A stretch of 64,000 nt of DNA from Acidobacteriota bacterium (GCA_032124015.1 JAQBEH010000114.1:936-64935), one strand, 5' to 3'; shown: positions 40,348-50,394, numbered from the stretch's first letter. Notes: a model not told the origin generated them from the letters alone. Translations and numbers: made by a program.

Positions 40348-40856
40348 GATTTCGGGGGGGCTTCGCCGTCTTCGCGCGGATCAGGCGACGCCAAGACCTT
40401 TTCGGTCTGCGCGACGCGGAAGCGCTTCAGGGCCAGACGAATCTCCGGATGCTTGGCGCCCAAGATCGCCGCCGCGAGCAGGGCCGCGTTGGTCGCCCCG
40501 GCTTTCCCGATCGCGAGCGTGCCGACGGGAACACCGGCGGGCATCTGGACGATCGACAACAGCGAGTCCATCCCCTTGAGTGTCTTCGTCTCGATTGGAA
40601 CGCCAAGCACGGGAAGCGCCGTCTTCGAAGCCGCCATGCCCGGCAGATGGGCCGCACCGCCGGCACCGGCGATCAGAACCTCGAGCCCGCGCGACTCGGC
40701 CGTCGCCGCGTACTCGAACAGGAGGTCCGGGGTGCGGTGAGCCGAGACCACCCGCACCTCGTGAGGAATTCCGAGGTGTTCCAGGGTCGTTGCCGCGGAC
40801 TCGAGCGTCTCCCAGTCGGATCGCGACCCCATGATCAAGCCCACGAGCGGATTCAT
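40344..40856 (-). CDS. purE: N5-CAIR mutase
   Basis: [19 protein letters not shown] and [10 protein letters not shown] motifs. Confidence 0.9.
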   Translation of the reverse strand: MNPLVGLIMGSRSDWETLESAATTLEHLGIPHEVRVVSAHRTPDLLFEYAATAESRGLEVLIAGAGGAAHLPGMAASKTALPVLGVPIETKTLKGMDSLLSIVQMPAGVPVGTLAIGKAGATNAALLAAAILGAKHPEIRLALKRFRVAQTEKVLASPDPREDGEAPPKS

Positions 40857-40862
40857 TCGCTG

Positions 40863-40891
40863 ATTATAGTGGGACCGCTAGTTCATTTCGA
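40863..40891 (-). promoter_or_regulatory. candidate sigma-70 promoter giving a leaderless purE transcript
   Basis: Minus strand reads TCGAAA-17 nt-TATAAT-cagcga-ATG. Perfect -10 box 6 nt from the start codon; no SD. Confidence 0.35.
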
Positions 40892-41822
40892 GCACCGGGG
40901 CGCCGAACGCCTCCCCGGCCTCGCGGAAGACTTCCGCCTCGCGTCCCTCGTACCGTGGCGAGAGGTGGAAGACCGCGAGGCGTTTGGCGCCGGCACGGCG
41001 CGCCAACTCCCCCGCCTGCTTCGCGGTGAGGTGCTTTCGCTCGAGGGCCAGATCACGGTCCTCGTCGAGGAAGGCCGCCTCGCACAAAAGGAGGTCCGCG
41101 TTGCGCACGAACGCCTCCGCGCGCGCCAGGTTGTCGCCCGTTGCGGCCAGGTCGGTGAGGTACGCGACAACCTGCCCCGGCCCCTCGACGATCAGTCCGT
41201 CGGTGTCGTTTTTGGCACCGCCACGAATCGTGTCCTTGAGCTCCCTGAGCCACGGACCGGGAACGAGCCCGCGCCGCAGGACGAGATCTTTGTTGACACC
41301 GAGATGCCGGGCCTCCCGCACGACGACTCCGAGCACCGGGATCCCGTGGTCGAACGTCTCGACCTCGATGCGAAACGCACGTTCCGCATGGACCGTCCCG
41401 GAAAACGGCGCTTCGGGAATTGCCACGGGCCGCATGCCCGACGCTCCCGAGTACTCCTCCGCGAAAAGCGTATCGCCCGCCACTTCCTGCACCCGCAAAT
41501 GAACCGGGTAACCCTCGATCAGGTTCCACGAGTACGCGCCGATGCGTCCGCGCACGCTCTCCAGGAACCCCGGCGGCCCGGTGATCGCGAGGGGCGCTTC
41601 GCGACGGAGCGTCACGCGCAAAAGCTGGTCGAAGCCGACGAAGTGATCCATGTGCGTGTGCGTGACCACCGCGTGCGCGAGCTTGAGCAACCTCCGCGGC
41701 GGCAGCTGCGCGAGGGAGGGAAGGTCGCAGAGCACGGCGCGGCCCTCGTCGGGAATATCGATCCAAGAGCCCGGGTCCCCGGTGGGCGGATGGAGGAAGG
41801 CGGGGTGGAAGAGCGTCCGCAT
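40878..41822 (-). CDS. MBL-fold metallo-hydrolase (RNase Z/ElaC-like)
   Basis: VTHTHMDHF (HxHxDH) and C-terminal FHLSPRY. ATG 41822; the upstream part of the track ORF is spurious. Confidence 0.75.
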   Translation of the reverse strand: MRTLFHPAFLHPPTGDPGSWIDIPDEGRAVLCDLPSLAQLPPRRLLKLAHAVVTHTHMDHFVGFDQLLRVTLRREAPLAITGPPGFLESVRGRIGAYSWNLIEGYPVHLRVQEVAGDTLFAEEYSGASGMRPVAIPEAPFSGTVHAERAFRIEVETFDHGIPVLGVVVREARHLGVNKDLVLRRGLVPGPWLRELKDTIRGGAKNDTDGLIVEGPGQVVAYLTDLAATGDNLARAEAFVRNADLLLCEAAFLDEDRDLALERKHLTAKQAGELARRAGAKRLAVFHLSPRYEGREAEVFREAGEAFGAPVLEMN

Positions 41823-42607
41823 CAGTCGAGGTGGAGGGTTAGCGGAACGTCGGAGGAACCGTTGGCCTTCGCCACGGGAAGATCGATCGCGGAGGCGAGC
41901 AGGCGCCCGCACGGCCGCGACAGCACGAGTTTCAACACGAAATCGACGACGACACCGATCGCCCCCGCCAGGGCCAAGGGCCGCACCGTGGCCGGATCGA
42001 CGCGCCATCCCGAAAGCCGCAAAACGGGCGCCGCGGCCGCGGCTCCGATGAGGACGTACGCCGCAACGCGCACGATGCTCCACACGTTCCAGGCAAGAAG
42101 GAGCACCGTTCCGTTGCGCTTGGCGGCGCGGAGGAGCGTGGCGACGTAGGCGTTCATCTCGTTGAGAAGCACCGCCCCCATGGCGATCGAGCCCAAGTTC
42201 GCGGTGGCGATCGCCGCCGCGGTGTACCAGATCGCTTCGCGCAGGTGCGAGAGCGCCATAGCTACGGGTCGCTTTTCGGGGCCGCTCCCGGTTTCGAGCC
42301 AGGCGAGCATCGACGCGCGGTAGGGCGCCGCGCGGATCACACGCAGATCGGTCTCGCGCGGATGCCGGACGAACACATAGACCGACGCCACGGTCGTCCC
42401 CAGGACCCACATGCCAACCGAGGCCGCCGCCCAGGCCGGGCCAACCACGTCCCAGGCGAGGAGAAACGCGGCCCAGCCCAGTGCACTCTGCACGAGCGGG
42501 AGAACCACGCGGTGGCCGAACCGCCAGCCGATCCGAAAGCCCACCACTCCGCATAGAAACGCGAAGATGAGGGAGTAATGGGGCGTGAGGGTCCAGGAGG
42601 CCAGCAT
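41822..42607 (-). CDS. hypothetical polytopic membrane protein
   Basis: 261 aa, about 6-7 hydrophobic segments. Stop overlaps the MBL start by 1 nt. Confidence 0.55.
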   Translation of the reverse strand: MLASWTLTPHYSLIFAFLCGVVGFRIGWRFGHRVVLPLVQSALGWAAFLLAWDVVGPAWAAASVGMWVLGTTVASVYVFVRHPRETDLRVIRAAPYRASMLAWLETGSGPEKRPVAMALSHLREAIWYTAAAIATANLGSIAMGAVLLNEMNAYVATLLRAAKRNGTVLLLAWNVWSIVRVAAYVLIGAAAAAPVLRLSGWRVDPATVRPLALAGAIGVVVDFVLKLVLSRPCGRLLASAIDLPVAKANGSSDVPLTLHLD

Positions 42608-42637
42608 GGCGGGATTGTGGCACGGCGAGGCCGAGCC

Positions 42638-43126
42638 TCAGCGAGTCGCCGCTTTCAGCTCGTCGAACGTGCGCATGAACCCGCCATGATCGCGTGCGAA
42701 CGATTCGGCGGTATCCGCGGAGTCGAACGCGACCAAACTCGGCTCGCAGCGGTCGTACACGGCCTTCAGGCAGCACCCACGGGCGTCCACGGCGGCCCCC
42801 TTTTCGTGACTGGCACAGGGGTGAACGTCGGAACCCTCGACGTAAAAGGCCTTGCGTGCGTCGAGCGATCGACCGTCCGCGAATCCGCGGACCGCAAGCG
42901 CCGTGACGGCCGGCCGTTTCTCGGAGATGTAACGGAGCGCGCACCGGGGGCAGCACGTCCTGACGGAGCCGCCGCCTTCCAAGCCGACTGTGAACGCCAA
43001 GTTCTTGCACTCGTCACGCCCACATTGAGTGCACACCGCAGATTTCGATCGGCCGCAGGATGCCGTCGTCGTGACGAGGAGCGCCGCCAGCGCGAGGACC
43101 ACTACGAATCTTGTTCCTAAGCGCAT
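42638..43126 (-). CDS. Cys-rich lipoprotein: TRASH-like metal-binding motif plus NosL-like C-terminal region
   Basis: Lipobox TASC. CTQC-x22-CCPRC fits the TRASH pattern C-x2-C-x19-22-C-x3-C. C-terminal VAFDSADTAESFARDHGG resembles the NosL family. Confidence 0.55.
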   Translation of the reverse strand: MRLGTRFVVVLALAALLVTTTASCGRSKSAVCTQCGRDECKNLAFTVGLEGGGSVRTCCPRCALRYISEKRPAVTALAVRGFADGRSLDARKAFYVEGSDVHPCASHEKGAAVDARGCCLKAVYDRCEPSLVAFDSADTAESFARDHGGFMRTFDELKAATR

Positions 43127-43160
43127 TCATGTCTCCCACGTTGGGGCGCGCCCTGGGGGA

Positions 43161-43982
43161 TCATCTTAGTTCCAGTCCTTGAACCCTGCCCGCGTCGAGG
43201 CCGCCGCGCGTGGTGCCGAGCCAGCTCACATAGGCCCACAAGGCGTCGGCCTCGTTATCCAACATATCCCGGTACGCCGGCATCTGGAGCCGTTGACGCC
43301 GAATGAATCGGCGGGCCACGGGGTTTTCGGAGAGCCGCTCGATCTTTCCATCGCGCACCCACGCGACGAACTCGTCCCGGTCGCGCACGAGGTCGCCAAA
43401 GTCCGCTCCGTACCATCCCGGTACGAACCCCGTGAACGATCCCGGGTTCGGACGCCCTCCGCTGCCGCCGGACGCGTGGCAGGAGAAGCATCGGTGCTCT
43501 TCCGCGATCTCCAGACCCCGAGCCTCCGGAGTCTCGTCCGCGGGGCCGTTCATACCGGAGAGCACGAGAAACGCTGCGACGACATCGTCGACTTGGCGAG
43601 AAGAGAGCGTGTCTCGATACGCCGGCATTCGGATCGCGGCCCGCTCGCGACGGGCGTTGGCCGACTCGCTGCGCGCGCGGCGCACGCTGACGCCGTCGAG
43701 AACGAACTCACGCACCTCGTCCTCATTTTTCACGTACATCATGAACGCACCCCCCGACCATGGCGGGACCTCCTCGCCGAGCGTGGGATCGGGAATCCCC
43801 GACGCGCCCATCGGGCCGTGGCAGGAAAAGCACCCCGCACGCGTCGCCACGTCCAAACCCCGCCGCACGGGATTCGACGAGCGCACCCGCCAGTAGGTCC
43901 GCGCCGCAGGCAGGGCGGAAACGGCCCCCATGAGCAGGACCGCGCCCGCCACGGCAGCGATGACCAGCACGCGGGGTTTCAT
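43161..43982 (-). CDS. membrane-anchored dihaem c-type cytochrome (internal duplication)
   Basis: Two CFSCH motifs, each followed about 60-75 aa later by MPAYRD (candidate Met ligand). N-terminal TM helix. Confidence 0.8.
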   Translation of the reverse strand: MKPRVLVIAAVAGAVLLMGAVSALPAARTYWRVRSSNPVRRGLDVATRAGCFSCHGPMGASGIPDPTLGEEVPPWSGGAFMMYVKNEDEVREFVLDGVSVRRARSESANARRERAAIRMPAYRDTLSSRQVDDVVAAFLVLSGMNGPADETPEARGLEIAEEHRCFSCHASGGSGGRPNPGSFTGFVPGWYGADFGDLVRDRDEFVAWVRDGKIERLSENPVARRFIRRQRLQMPAYRDMLDNEADALWAYVSWLGTTRGGLDAGRVQGLELR

Positions 43983-43989
43983 CGGGTCA

Positions 43990-44367
43990 TCAGAGGGGCT
44001 TGACCGATTTTACGATGATCCCCTTGATCCCGTCCCGACTCACGGGTTCGCCCGCGATCTCGACGTTCTTCGCGGCCATCTCCTTGGCCGTGTTGAATGC
44101 GGACGTGTCGTCGTGATCTCCCAACAGGAGATACACGGTGCCATCTTTGGCGAGCAGGCCCATGGGCTGCCCAGCTTTGAGACACATCGCGGCGCAGGAG
44201 GCGTGCTTCGGCCCTTTCGCTTCGTGCCCGACGTAACACGCCAGGTCCAAGATCTCGCCCTGGACGGTGACGCCCTTTGCTTCGTGGTGGTCGTGCTGGG
44301 CCATGGCGGGTAGTACCGCGGCTGTGGCGGCGATCGCGGCGGCGACGAGAATCGATCGTACTTTCAT
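43990..44367 (-). CDS. small secreted Cys/His-rich protein (125 aa)
   Basis: Signal peptide ...PAMA|QHDHHE. Cys pattern C-x13-C-x3-C. ATG 44367 chosen inside track ORF 43990..45009. Confidence 0.55.
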   Translation of the reverse strand: MKVRSILVAAAIAATAAVLPAMAQHDHHEAKGVTVQGEILDLACYVGHEAKGPKHASCAAMCLKAGQPMGLLAKDGTVYLLLGDHDDTSAFNTAKEMAAKNVEIAGEPVSRDGIKGIIVKSVKPL

Positions 44368-44390
44368 GGAACTCTCCTTCGGGAAAAGGG

Positions 44391-47300
44391 TCACGTGTGT
44401 GACCCACGAGTTTCGGGAACGGGCAAAAGAGCGGGATCGACTGTCCCCTTCTTCATCTCGAACCTCCACTTCCACATCTCGTAGATTGGCGGGTAAACGA
44501 GAAGCTCGAGGATGAAGCTCGTCACGAGGCCGCCGACCATGGGCGCGGCCACGCGCTTCATCATGTCGGCGCCCGTTCCGAGGGACCACATGATCGGCAT
44601 CAGGCCTGCAAACGCCGCTGCCACCGTCATCATCTTGGGACGGATGCGCTTCACGGCGCCGTGGATGATGGCCTCCCGCAAGTCTTCTTTCGTGCGCATC
44701 TTTCCGGCGCGCACGGCGTCGTAGTACGACATATCGAGGAAGAGCAGCATGAAGACGCCTGTTTCCGCGTCGAGCCCCATCAGGGCGATCATGCCGACCC
44801 AGACCGCAATCGAGACGTTGTAGCCGAGGAAGTACAAGAGCCAGACCGCGCCGATCAACGAGAACGGGACCGCGAGCATGACGATCGTCGCTTTCACGGT
44901 GGATTTCGTGTTCATGAACAGCAGGATGAAGATCAAGAAGATCGTGATCGGTACGACGATCTTCAACCGCTCGCGAACGCGGAGCATGTTTTCGTACTGG
45001 CCGCTCCACTGAAGCGCGTATCCGGCGGGAAGCTTGACGTGCTCGGCGACGGCGGCCTTCGCCCGCTCGACGTAGCCGCCAATGTCGGAATCCGACAAGT
45101 CGACGTAGACGTAGCCCGCGAGCATTCCGTTTTCGTCCCGAATCATCGACGGTCCGATCCGGAAACGGATGTCCGCGATCTGGCCGAGCGGCACTTGGGC
45201 TCCGGACATCGTCGTGACGAGTATTCGCTCCAGATCCTGGATGTTGTCGCGTCGCTCCCGCGCGTACCTCACGTTCACCGTGTAGCGCTCACGCCCCTCG
45301 ATCATCGTGGTGACCGGCTGGCCCCCGATCGCCGACATGACGGCCATTTGAGCTTCGTCGACGGAGAGGCCATACCGGGCGAGCGCATCGCGCTTGAGAT
45401 CGAAGTCCAGGAAGTAGCCCCCGGCCGTTCGTTCCGCGAAGACGCTTCGGGTCCCATGGAGGCTCGGAAGCACGGCCTCGATCTCGGTCCCGATGCGTTC
45501 GATGGTCGCAAGATCGGCCCCGTAGACCTTGATCCCGATGGGAGTCCTGATTCCGGTCGTGAGCATGTCGAGGCGCGCCTTGATCGGCATCGTCCACGCG
45601 TTGGTGAGTCCGGGGATCTGGAGCTTGGCGTTCAGCTCGTTGACGAGATCGTCACGGCTGATGCGATCCGCCCAGATGCGACGAAACGGTGCCTGGAGGC
45701 TCTCCGGCCAATCGGAATAAAAGCGCCCGATCCGCCTCCACTGATCGTGGGGCTTGAGCACGATCGTCGTCTCGAGCATCGAAAGCGGCGCGGGATCCGT
45801 GGACGACTCGGCGCGCCCCGCCTTGCCGAACACGCGTTCGACTTCGGGGACCTCTTTGATTATGCGATCGGTCGTGGCGAGGATCTCCTGGGCGCCGGCG
45901 ACGGAAAGGCCGGGAAGCGTCGTCGGCATGTAGAGGAGGGTCCCTTCATCGAGCGGCGGATAGAACTCGGATCCGAGGCCCAGGTAGACCGGAATCGTCG
46001 TCGCGACGAGGATCAGCGCGACCGCGATCGTGCTTTTGGGCCAGTCGAGAACGAATCGACAGGCCGGCTCGTAGATCCGGAAGAGCACGCGGCTGATCGG
46101 GTGTTTCTCCTCGGGGTAGTAGGTCCCGATGGCGATTTGGTTCGTCGTCCACGAAAGCCACTTCGGCCGGAAGCTCCAACGATCCATCCGCGTGAACATC
46201 ATCCGCATCGCGGGATCGAGCGTGATCGCCAGAATCGCGGCGATCGCCATCGCGAAGTTCTTCGTGTAGGCCAACGGCTTGAAAAGGCGCCCCTCCTGGT
46301 CGACGAGCGTGAACACCGGCATGAACGCGACCGCGATGACGAGCAACGAGAAGAAGACCGACGGTCCGACCTCCTTGAGCGCTTCGAGACGAACGACGTG
46401 GAAGTCGCCCTTGCGTCCTCCGGCCTCCCACAGCTGTAGCTTCTTGTAGGCGTTTTCGACTTCGACGATCGCTCCGTCGACGAGCACGCCGATGCTGATC
46501 GCGATCCCGGCGAGCGACATGATGTTCGACGTGATCCCCATGAAGTACATGGGAATGAACGCGAGAAGCACCGACACAGGGATCGTCACGATCGGGACGA
46601 TCGCGGAGGGGATGTGCCAGAGGAACACCAGGATCACGAGGCTGACGATGAGCATCTCGAGGAGCAGTTCGTGCTTGAGGACGTCGATCGAGCTCTTGAT
46701 GAGCTCCGAGCGATCGTACGTCGTGACGAGCTCGACCCCGTCGGGGAGCGAGGGCTTGACGTCCTCGAGCTTCTGCTTCACGCGCTCGATGACGTTCAGC
46801 GCGTTTTCGCCGTGGCGCATCACGACGATGCCGCCGGCTGTGTCACCGATCCCGTCGAGGTCTACGACGCCGCGGCGGATCTCGGGGCCGATCGTCACCC
46901 TCCCGATGTCCCGTATCAAGATGGGAACGCCGTTTTCTCCGACGTCGACCACGATCTTGCCGAGGTCGTCGACGGATTTCGCATAGCCACGGCCTCGCAC
47001 CATGAACTCCGCGCCGGCCATCTCGACGAGACGACCGCCCACGTCGTTGTTCCCCCGCCGCACGGCCTCGATCGCCTTCGCAAGCGGGATTCTGCGGGCC
47101 AGGAGCTTTTCCGGATCGAGCTCGATCTGGTACTGCTTTTGGTACCCGCCCACCGAGGCGACCTCGGCCACCCCCGGCACGCTCGCGAGCCAGTAGCGCA
47201 GGTACCAATCCTGGAACGAGCGCAGCTGGGCCAGGTCGTTCTTGCCGCTCTTGTCCACGAGCGCGTACTGGTAGACCCATCCGACGCCGGTTGCGTCGGG

Positions 47301-47687
47301 GCCCAGCTCCGTCTTTACGCCGTCGGGGAGGCGCGGGAGGATCTTGCTCAAGTACTCGAGCGTCCTGCTTCGCGCCCAGTACAGATCGGTCCCGTCCTCG
47401 AAGATCACGTAGACGTACGAAAAGCCGAAATCGGAAAAGCCGCGGATCGCCTTGACCTTCGGAGCGCCGAGCAGCGCCGTTATGATCGGGTAGGTGACCT
47501 GGTCCTCGAGGATGTCGGGACTCTGGTCCCAGCGTGAGTACACGATCACCTGCGTATCCGAAAGATCCGGAATGGCATCCAGCGGAACGTTCTTCATCGC
47601 GTACACGGCCATCACGACGGCGACCGCCGTGAGAACCAGGACGATGAATTTGTTCCTCGCGGAAAATTCGATAATGCGTTCGACCAC
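44391..47687 (-). CDS. cusA: CusA/CzcA-family heavy-metal efflux RND permease
   Basis: 1098 aa. MVERIIEFSARNKFIVL N-terminus and HME-RND length and motifs. GTG start after GGAG. Confidence 0.9.
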   Translation of the reverse strand: MVERIIEFSARNKFIVLVLTAVAVVMAVYAMKNVPLDAIPDLSDTQVIVYSRWDQSPDILEDQVTYPIITALLGAPKVKAIRGFSDFGFSYVYVIFEDGTDLYWARSRTLEYLSKILPRLPDGVKTELGPDATGVGWVYQYALVDKSGKNDLAQLRSFQDWYLRYWLASVPGVAEVASVGGYQKQYQIELDPEKLLARRIPLAKAIEAVRRGNNDVGGRLVEMAGAEFMVRGRGYAKSVDDLGKIVVDVGENGVPILIRDIGRVTIGPEIRRGVVDLDGIGDTAGGIVVMRHGENALNVIERVKQKLEDVKPSLPDGVELVTTYDRSELIKSSIDVLKHELLLEMLIVSLVILVFLWHIPSAIVPIVTIPVSVLLAFIPMYFMGITSNIMSLAGIAISIGVLVDGAIVEVENAYKKLQLWEAGGRKGDFHVVRLEALKEVGPSVFFSLLVIAVAFMPVFTLVDQEGRLFKPLAYTKNFAMAIAAILAITLDPAMRMMFTRMDRWSFRPKWLSWTTNQIAIGTYYPEEKHPISRVLFRIYEPACRFVLDWPKSTIAVALILVATTIPVYLGLGSEFYPPLDEGTLLYMPTTLPGLSVAGAQEILATTDRIIKEVPEVERVFGKAGRAESSTDPAPLSMLETTIVLKPHDQWRRIGRFYSDWPESLQAPFRRIWADRISRDDLVNELNAKLQIPGLTNAWTMPIKARLDMLTTGIRTPIGIKVYGADLATIERIGTEIEAVLPSLHGTRSVFAERTAGGYFLDFDLKRDALARYGLSVDEAQMAVMSAIGGQPVTTMIEGRERYTVNVRYARERRDNIQDLERILVTTMSGAQVPLGQIADIRFRIGPSMIRDENGMLAGYVYVDLSDSDIGGYVERAKAAVAEHVKLPAGYALQWSGQYENMLRVRERLKIVVPITIFLIFILLFMNTKSTVKATIVMLAVPFSLIGAVWLLYFLGYNVSIAVWVGMIALMGLDAETGVFMLLFLDMSYYDAVRAGKMRTKEDLREAIIHGAVKRIRPKMMTVAAAFAGLMPIMWSLGTGADMMKRVAAPMVGGLVTSFILELLVYPPIYEMWKWRFEMKKGTVDPALLPVPETRGSHT

Positions 47688-47696
47688 GACGGGCTC

Positions 47697-49109
47697 CTAG
47701 TGGGCGTGGCCGGGAGACTCGCTCATTCCCGCGAGCGCGGACTTGAGCTTCGACTCCGAATCGATCAGGAAGTTACCGGAAACGACGACGTGCTCGCCTT
47801 CCGATAGTCCTTCGAGCACTTCGTATTCGTGCTCGAGGCGGAGCCCGATCTTCAGCTCGCGGGGCTCGAACACGCCTTCCGTCGTTTCGACGAACGCGAC
47901 GCTGCGCGTGCCGGTGTCGAGCACGGCACTGTCCGGGACGGCGAGACGTGGGCCGAGATCGGCGCGGAGCATCACATCGACGAACATCTCGGGCTTCAGT
48001 TCGAGGCCGAGGTTTTGGACTTCGACGCGGACCTGCACGGTCCGTGTCTGAGGGTCGACCACCGGGTAGACGAACGAGACCTCTCCGTCGAACGCCTTTT
48101 CCTGCAGGTAGCTCAGCGTCATCGTCGCGGGCTGTCCGACTTCTACGAACGGGAGCTCGTATTCGTAGACGGAGGCAAGGACCCAGACGTGAGTCAGGTC
48201 AACGACCTCGAGCAACGTCATGCCGGAGGTGATCTTTTGTCCCTGCGCGACGTTGCGCATTGTGATCACCCCGGAGATCGGTGCGTAGAGCGTGAGGTTC
48301 CTCTGGAGCTCCCCCGTGCGCTCGAGGCGGTCGATCTGATCGTCGGAGACGTCGAAGAGCTGGAGTCGCCTCCTTGCGCTTTCGACCAACTCGTCGCCGA
48401 ACCCCGCGACGGATGCGACCGAGCTTCCCGCGGTCCGCTGCCGCGCCGCAAGGGCGACGAGGTACTCGTTTTGCGAAGCCAGAAGCTCCGGGCTGTAGAT
48501 CTCGAGGAGCGGCTCGCCCTTGCGGACGAACTCCCCGACGGCGTTCGTGTACAGGCGCTCGACGTAGCCGTCGATCTTGGTCGTAACCTGTCGGAGCCGT
48601 TTCTCATCCGCGACCACGCGGCCGACCGCGCGGAGGTTGCGCTCGAACGCGATCTTGCGAACGGCTGCTGTCTTGACCCCGATGAGTTGGCGCTTCTGGA
48701 GATTCATCCGGATCTTCGCCAGGCCGGACAACTCGCTTGTGGTCGCGGCGGAGTCCAGAAAGACCTCCTCGGCGACCATGTCCATGCCCATGGAGTCCTT
48801 CCCGGGCCGGTCGGAAATCTCGCCGGGATTCATCGTCGAGCGCCAGACGGTCTTCGTCTTAGGCGGCGGCGCGTCGATCTCGCCTTCGTCGTCCTCGGAG
48901 ATCGGAACGAGGTCCATTCCGCAGATCGGGCAGGAGCCCGGCGTGTCGGACACGACGGTCGGATGCATCGGACAGTGGTATCTCGCCGCGGCGGGCGCAC
49001 CGGTCGATTGGGTCTCTTGCCGCCACGGCCGAGCGACCAAAACCGCGGTCGTCACGATGGCGACAAACGCTACGAGCGACAGGACCGTGACGAGGGACCG
49101 CTTAGTCAT
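47697..49109 (-). CDS. cusB: heavy-metal efflux adaptor (CusB-like) with N-terminal HMBD
   Basis: YHCPMHPTVVSDTPGSCPICGMDL heavy-metal-binding domain, then MFP barrel-sandwich domains. Confidence 0.9.
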   Translation of the reverse strand: MTKRSLVTVLSLVAFVAIVTTAVLVARPWRQETQSTGAPAAARYHCPMHPTVVSDTPGSCPICGMDLVPISEDDEGEIDAPPPKTKTVWRSTMNPGEISDRPGKDSMGMDMVAEEVFLDSAATTSELSGLAKIRMNLQKRQLIGVKTAAVRKIAFERNLRAVGRVVADEKRLRQVTTKIDGYVERLYTNAVGEFVRKGEPLLEIYSPELLASQNEYLVALAARQRTAGSSVASVAGFGDELVESARRRLQLFDVSDDQIDRLERTGELQRNLTLYAPISGVITMRNVAQGQKITSGMTLLEVVDLTHVWVLASVYEYELPFVEVGQPATMTLSYLQEKAFDGEVSFVYPVVDPQTRTVQVRVEVQNLGLELKPEMFVDVMLRADLGPRLAVPDSAVLDTGTRSVAFVETTEGVFEPRELKIGLRLEHEYEVLEGLSEGEHVVVSGNFLIDSESKLKSALAGMSESPGHAH

Positions 49110-50373
49110 AGGCGCCTCCGGAGACAGGGGGAATCAGTTCGGTGCCGGTGATCGCCTCGAGACCCGCCAGCGCCTGCAAGGCATCGACGCGCTGGCGTTC
49201 GTATTCGATCTCGAATCGGAGCAGCTTGAGCGCATCGTCGAGCAAGGAGAGGAACTCGATCTTCCCGGCGGCGTACGACCCCGTGGCCGCGTCGAGCGTG
49301 CTCCGGGCTTGGGGGACCAAGCCGTCGCTGTAGAGAGGCACGAGGGCGGTGGCCCGTTCGAACTTCGCGAGCAGATCGCGGACTCGCGCGAGGATCTCGT
49401 TTCGCCCGCGGTCCACGTCGCGCTGCGCGGCTTCGAGTCCGTATTCCGTCTGCGCGACCGCCTGCGCCTGCTTGCGCCCTCGGTAGATCGGGAGACGCAC
49501 GCCGACCATTCCCGTGATCATCGGATCGAGACCGCCGCGGTACGCGTAGCCTGCGCCGTACATGAGATCGGGTTTCAAGTCCCTCCGGGCGAGATCAAGA
49601 CGGCGTGATTCCGTGTTCGCCATCGCTAGGAGCACGCGGATTTCGGGGGAGTTTGCGACGGCCCACTCTTCGACGACCGCGCGATCGGGAGACACGACCG
49701 GAGGAAGCTCGCGCGCGGGCCCGAACGCCGGGTCCGAACTCCGTCCCACGGCGGCCGCGAGCCGGGCCTCGGTCGCGTGCCGCTCCTGGCGGTTGGTAGC
49801 AAGCTCGGCCGCTATTGCGGTCAACTCAGTCTGAGCCTTCAGCACGTTTTCGAGCGTGCCCTCGCCGGACTCGTAGCGCGTACGTGCCGAGGCGACGAAC
49901 GAGGCCAAGATTTTTTGCGTTTCGTCGAGCAGTTCGGTCGTGCGATCGACCCGGTACAACTCGAAGTAGAGCCGTTTCACCTCGCTCCGGATGCGCGCGC
50001 GCACGGCTTCGAGCTCGCGTTCCGCGGTCGTGATCTCTCCCCGCGCGACGTCTCCCGCCAGCCGGAGCTTGCCGGGGTACGGCACGTCTTGCGTCCAGGT
50101 GAACGCCCAATTCGAACCGATGGACGTCCCGAGTGTGTAGGCGTCCAAACTTTCGTTGGTGTATGCGGCCGTCAACAGGGGATCGGGCGGAGCTTCCATC
50201 TGGGATGGCAGTTGCTCGGCGGCGGCGTGGCGCGCGGTCCAGACCTTGATCTCCGGATGGTTGGATTCGGCCTCCGCGAGAAGCGATTCGAGATTCGCCG
50301 GCTCCGTGGCGGAAAGGTCGCCGCCCGCTGAAGCCAAACCCATAACGAAAGCCGCAGCGAGCGCAATCTTCAT
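49102..50373 (-). CDS. cusC: TolC-family outer-membrane factor (CusC-like)
   Basis: 423 aa OEP repeats. 8-nt overlap with cusB. GGAGG RBS. Confidence 0.85.
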   Translation of the reverse strand: MKIALAAAFVMGLASAGGDLSATEPANLESLLAEAESNHPEIKVWTARHAAAEQLPSQMEAPPDPLLTAAYTNESLDAYTLGTSIGSNWAFTWTQDVPYPGKLRLAGDVARGEITTAERELEAVRARIRSEVKRLYFELYRVDRTTELLDETQKILASFVASARTRYESGEGTLENVLKAQTELTAIAAELATNRQERHATEARLAAAVGRSSDPAFGPARELPPVVSPDRAVVEEWAVANSPEIRVLLAMANTESRRLDLARRDLKPDLMYGAGYAYRGGLDPMITGMVGVRLPIYRGRKQAQAVAQTEYGLEAAQRDVDRGRNEILARVRDLLAKFERATALVPLYSDGLVPQARSTLDAATGSYAAGKIEFLSLLDDALKLLRFEIEYERQRVDALQALAGLEAITGTELIPPVSGGAYD

Positions 50374-50394
50374 CTATCCTCCGGCTCCTTTTAG

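Noticed and set aside
40449-42149. 566-aa plus-strand ORF, and comparable ORFs 44661..46439, 27267..28823, 37573..38721, 37671..39071, 47829..49151 and 58230..59549
   Set aside because: All are antisense or frame-shifted relative to genes with strong family signatures (purE, MBL, CusA, RND, M23, CusB, kinase). Compositionally biased with no recognisable domains.
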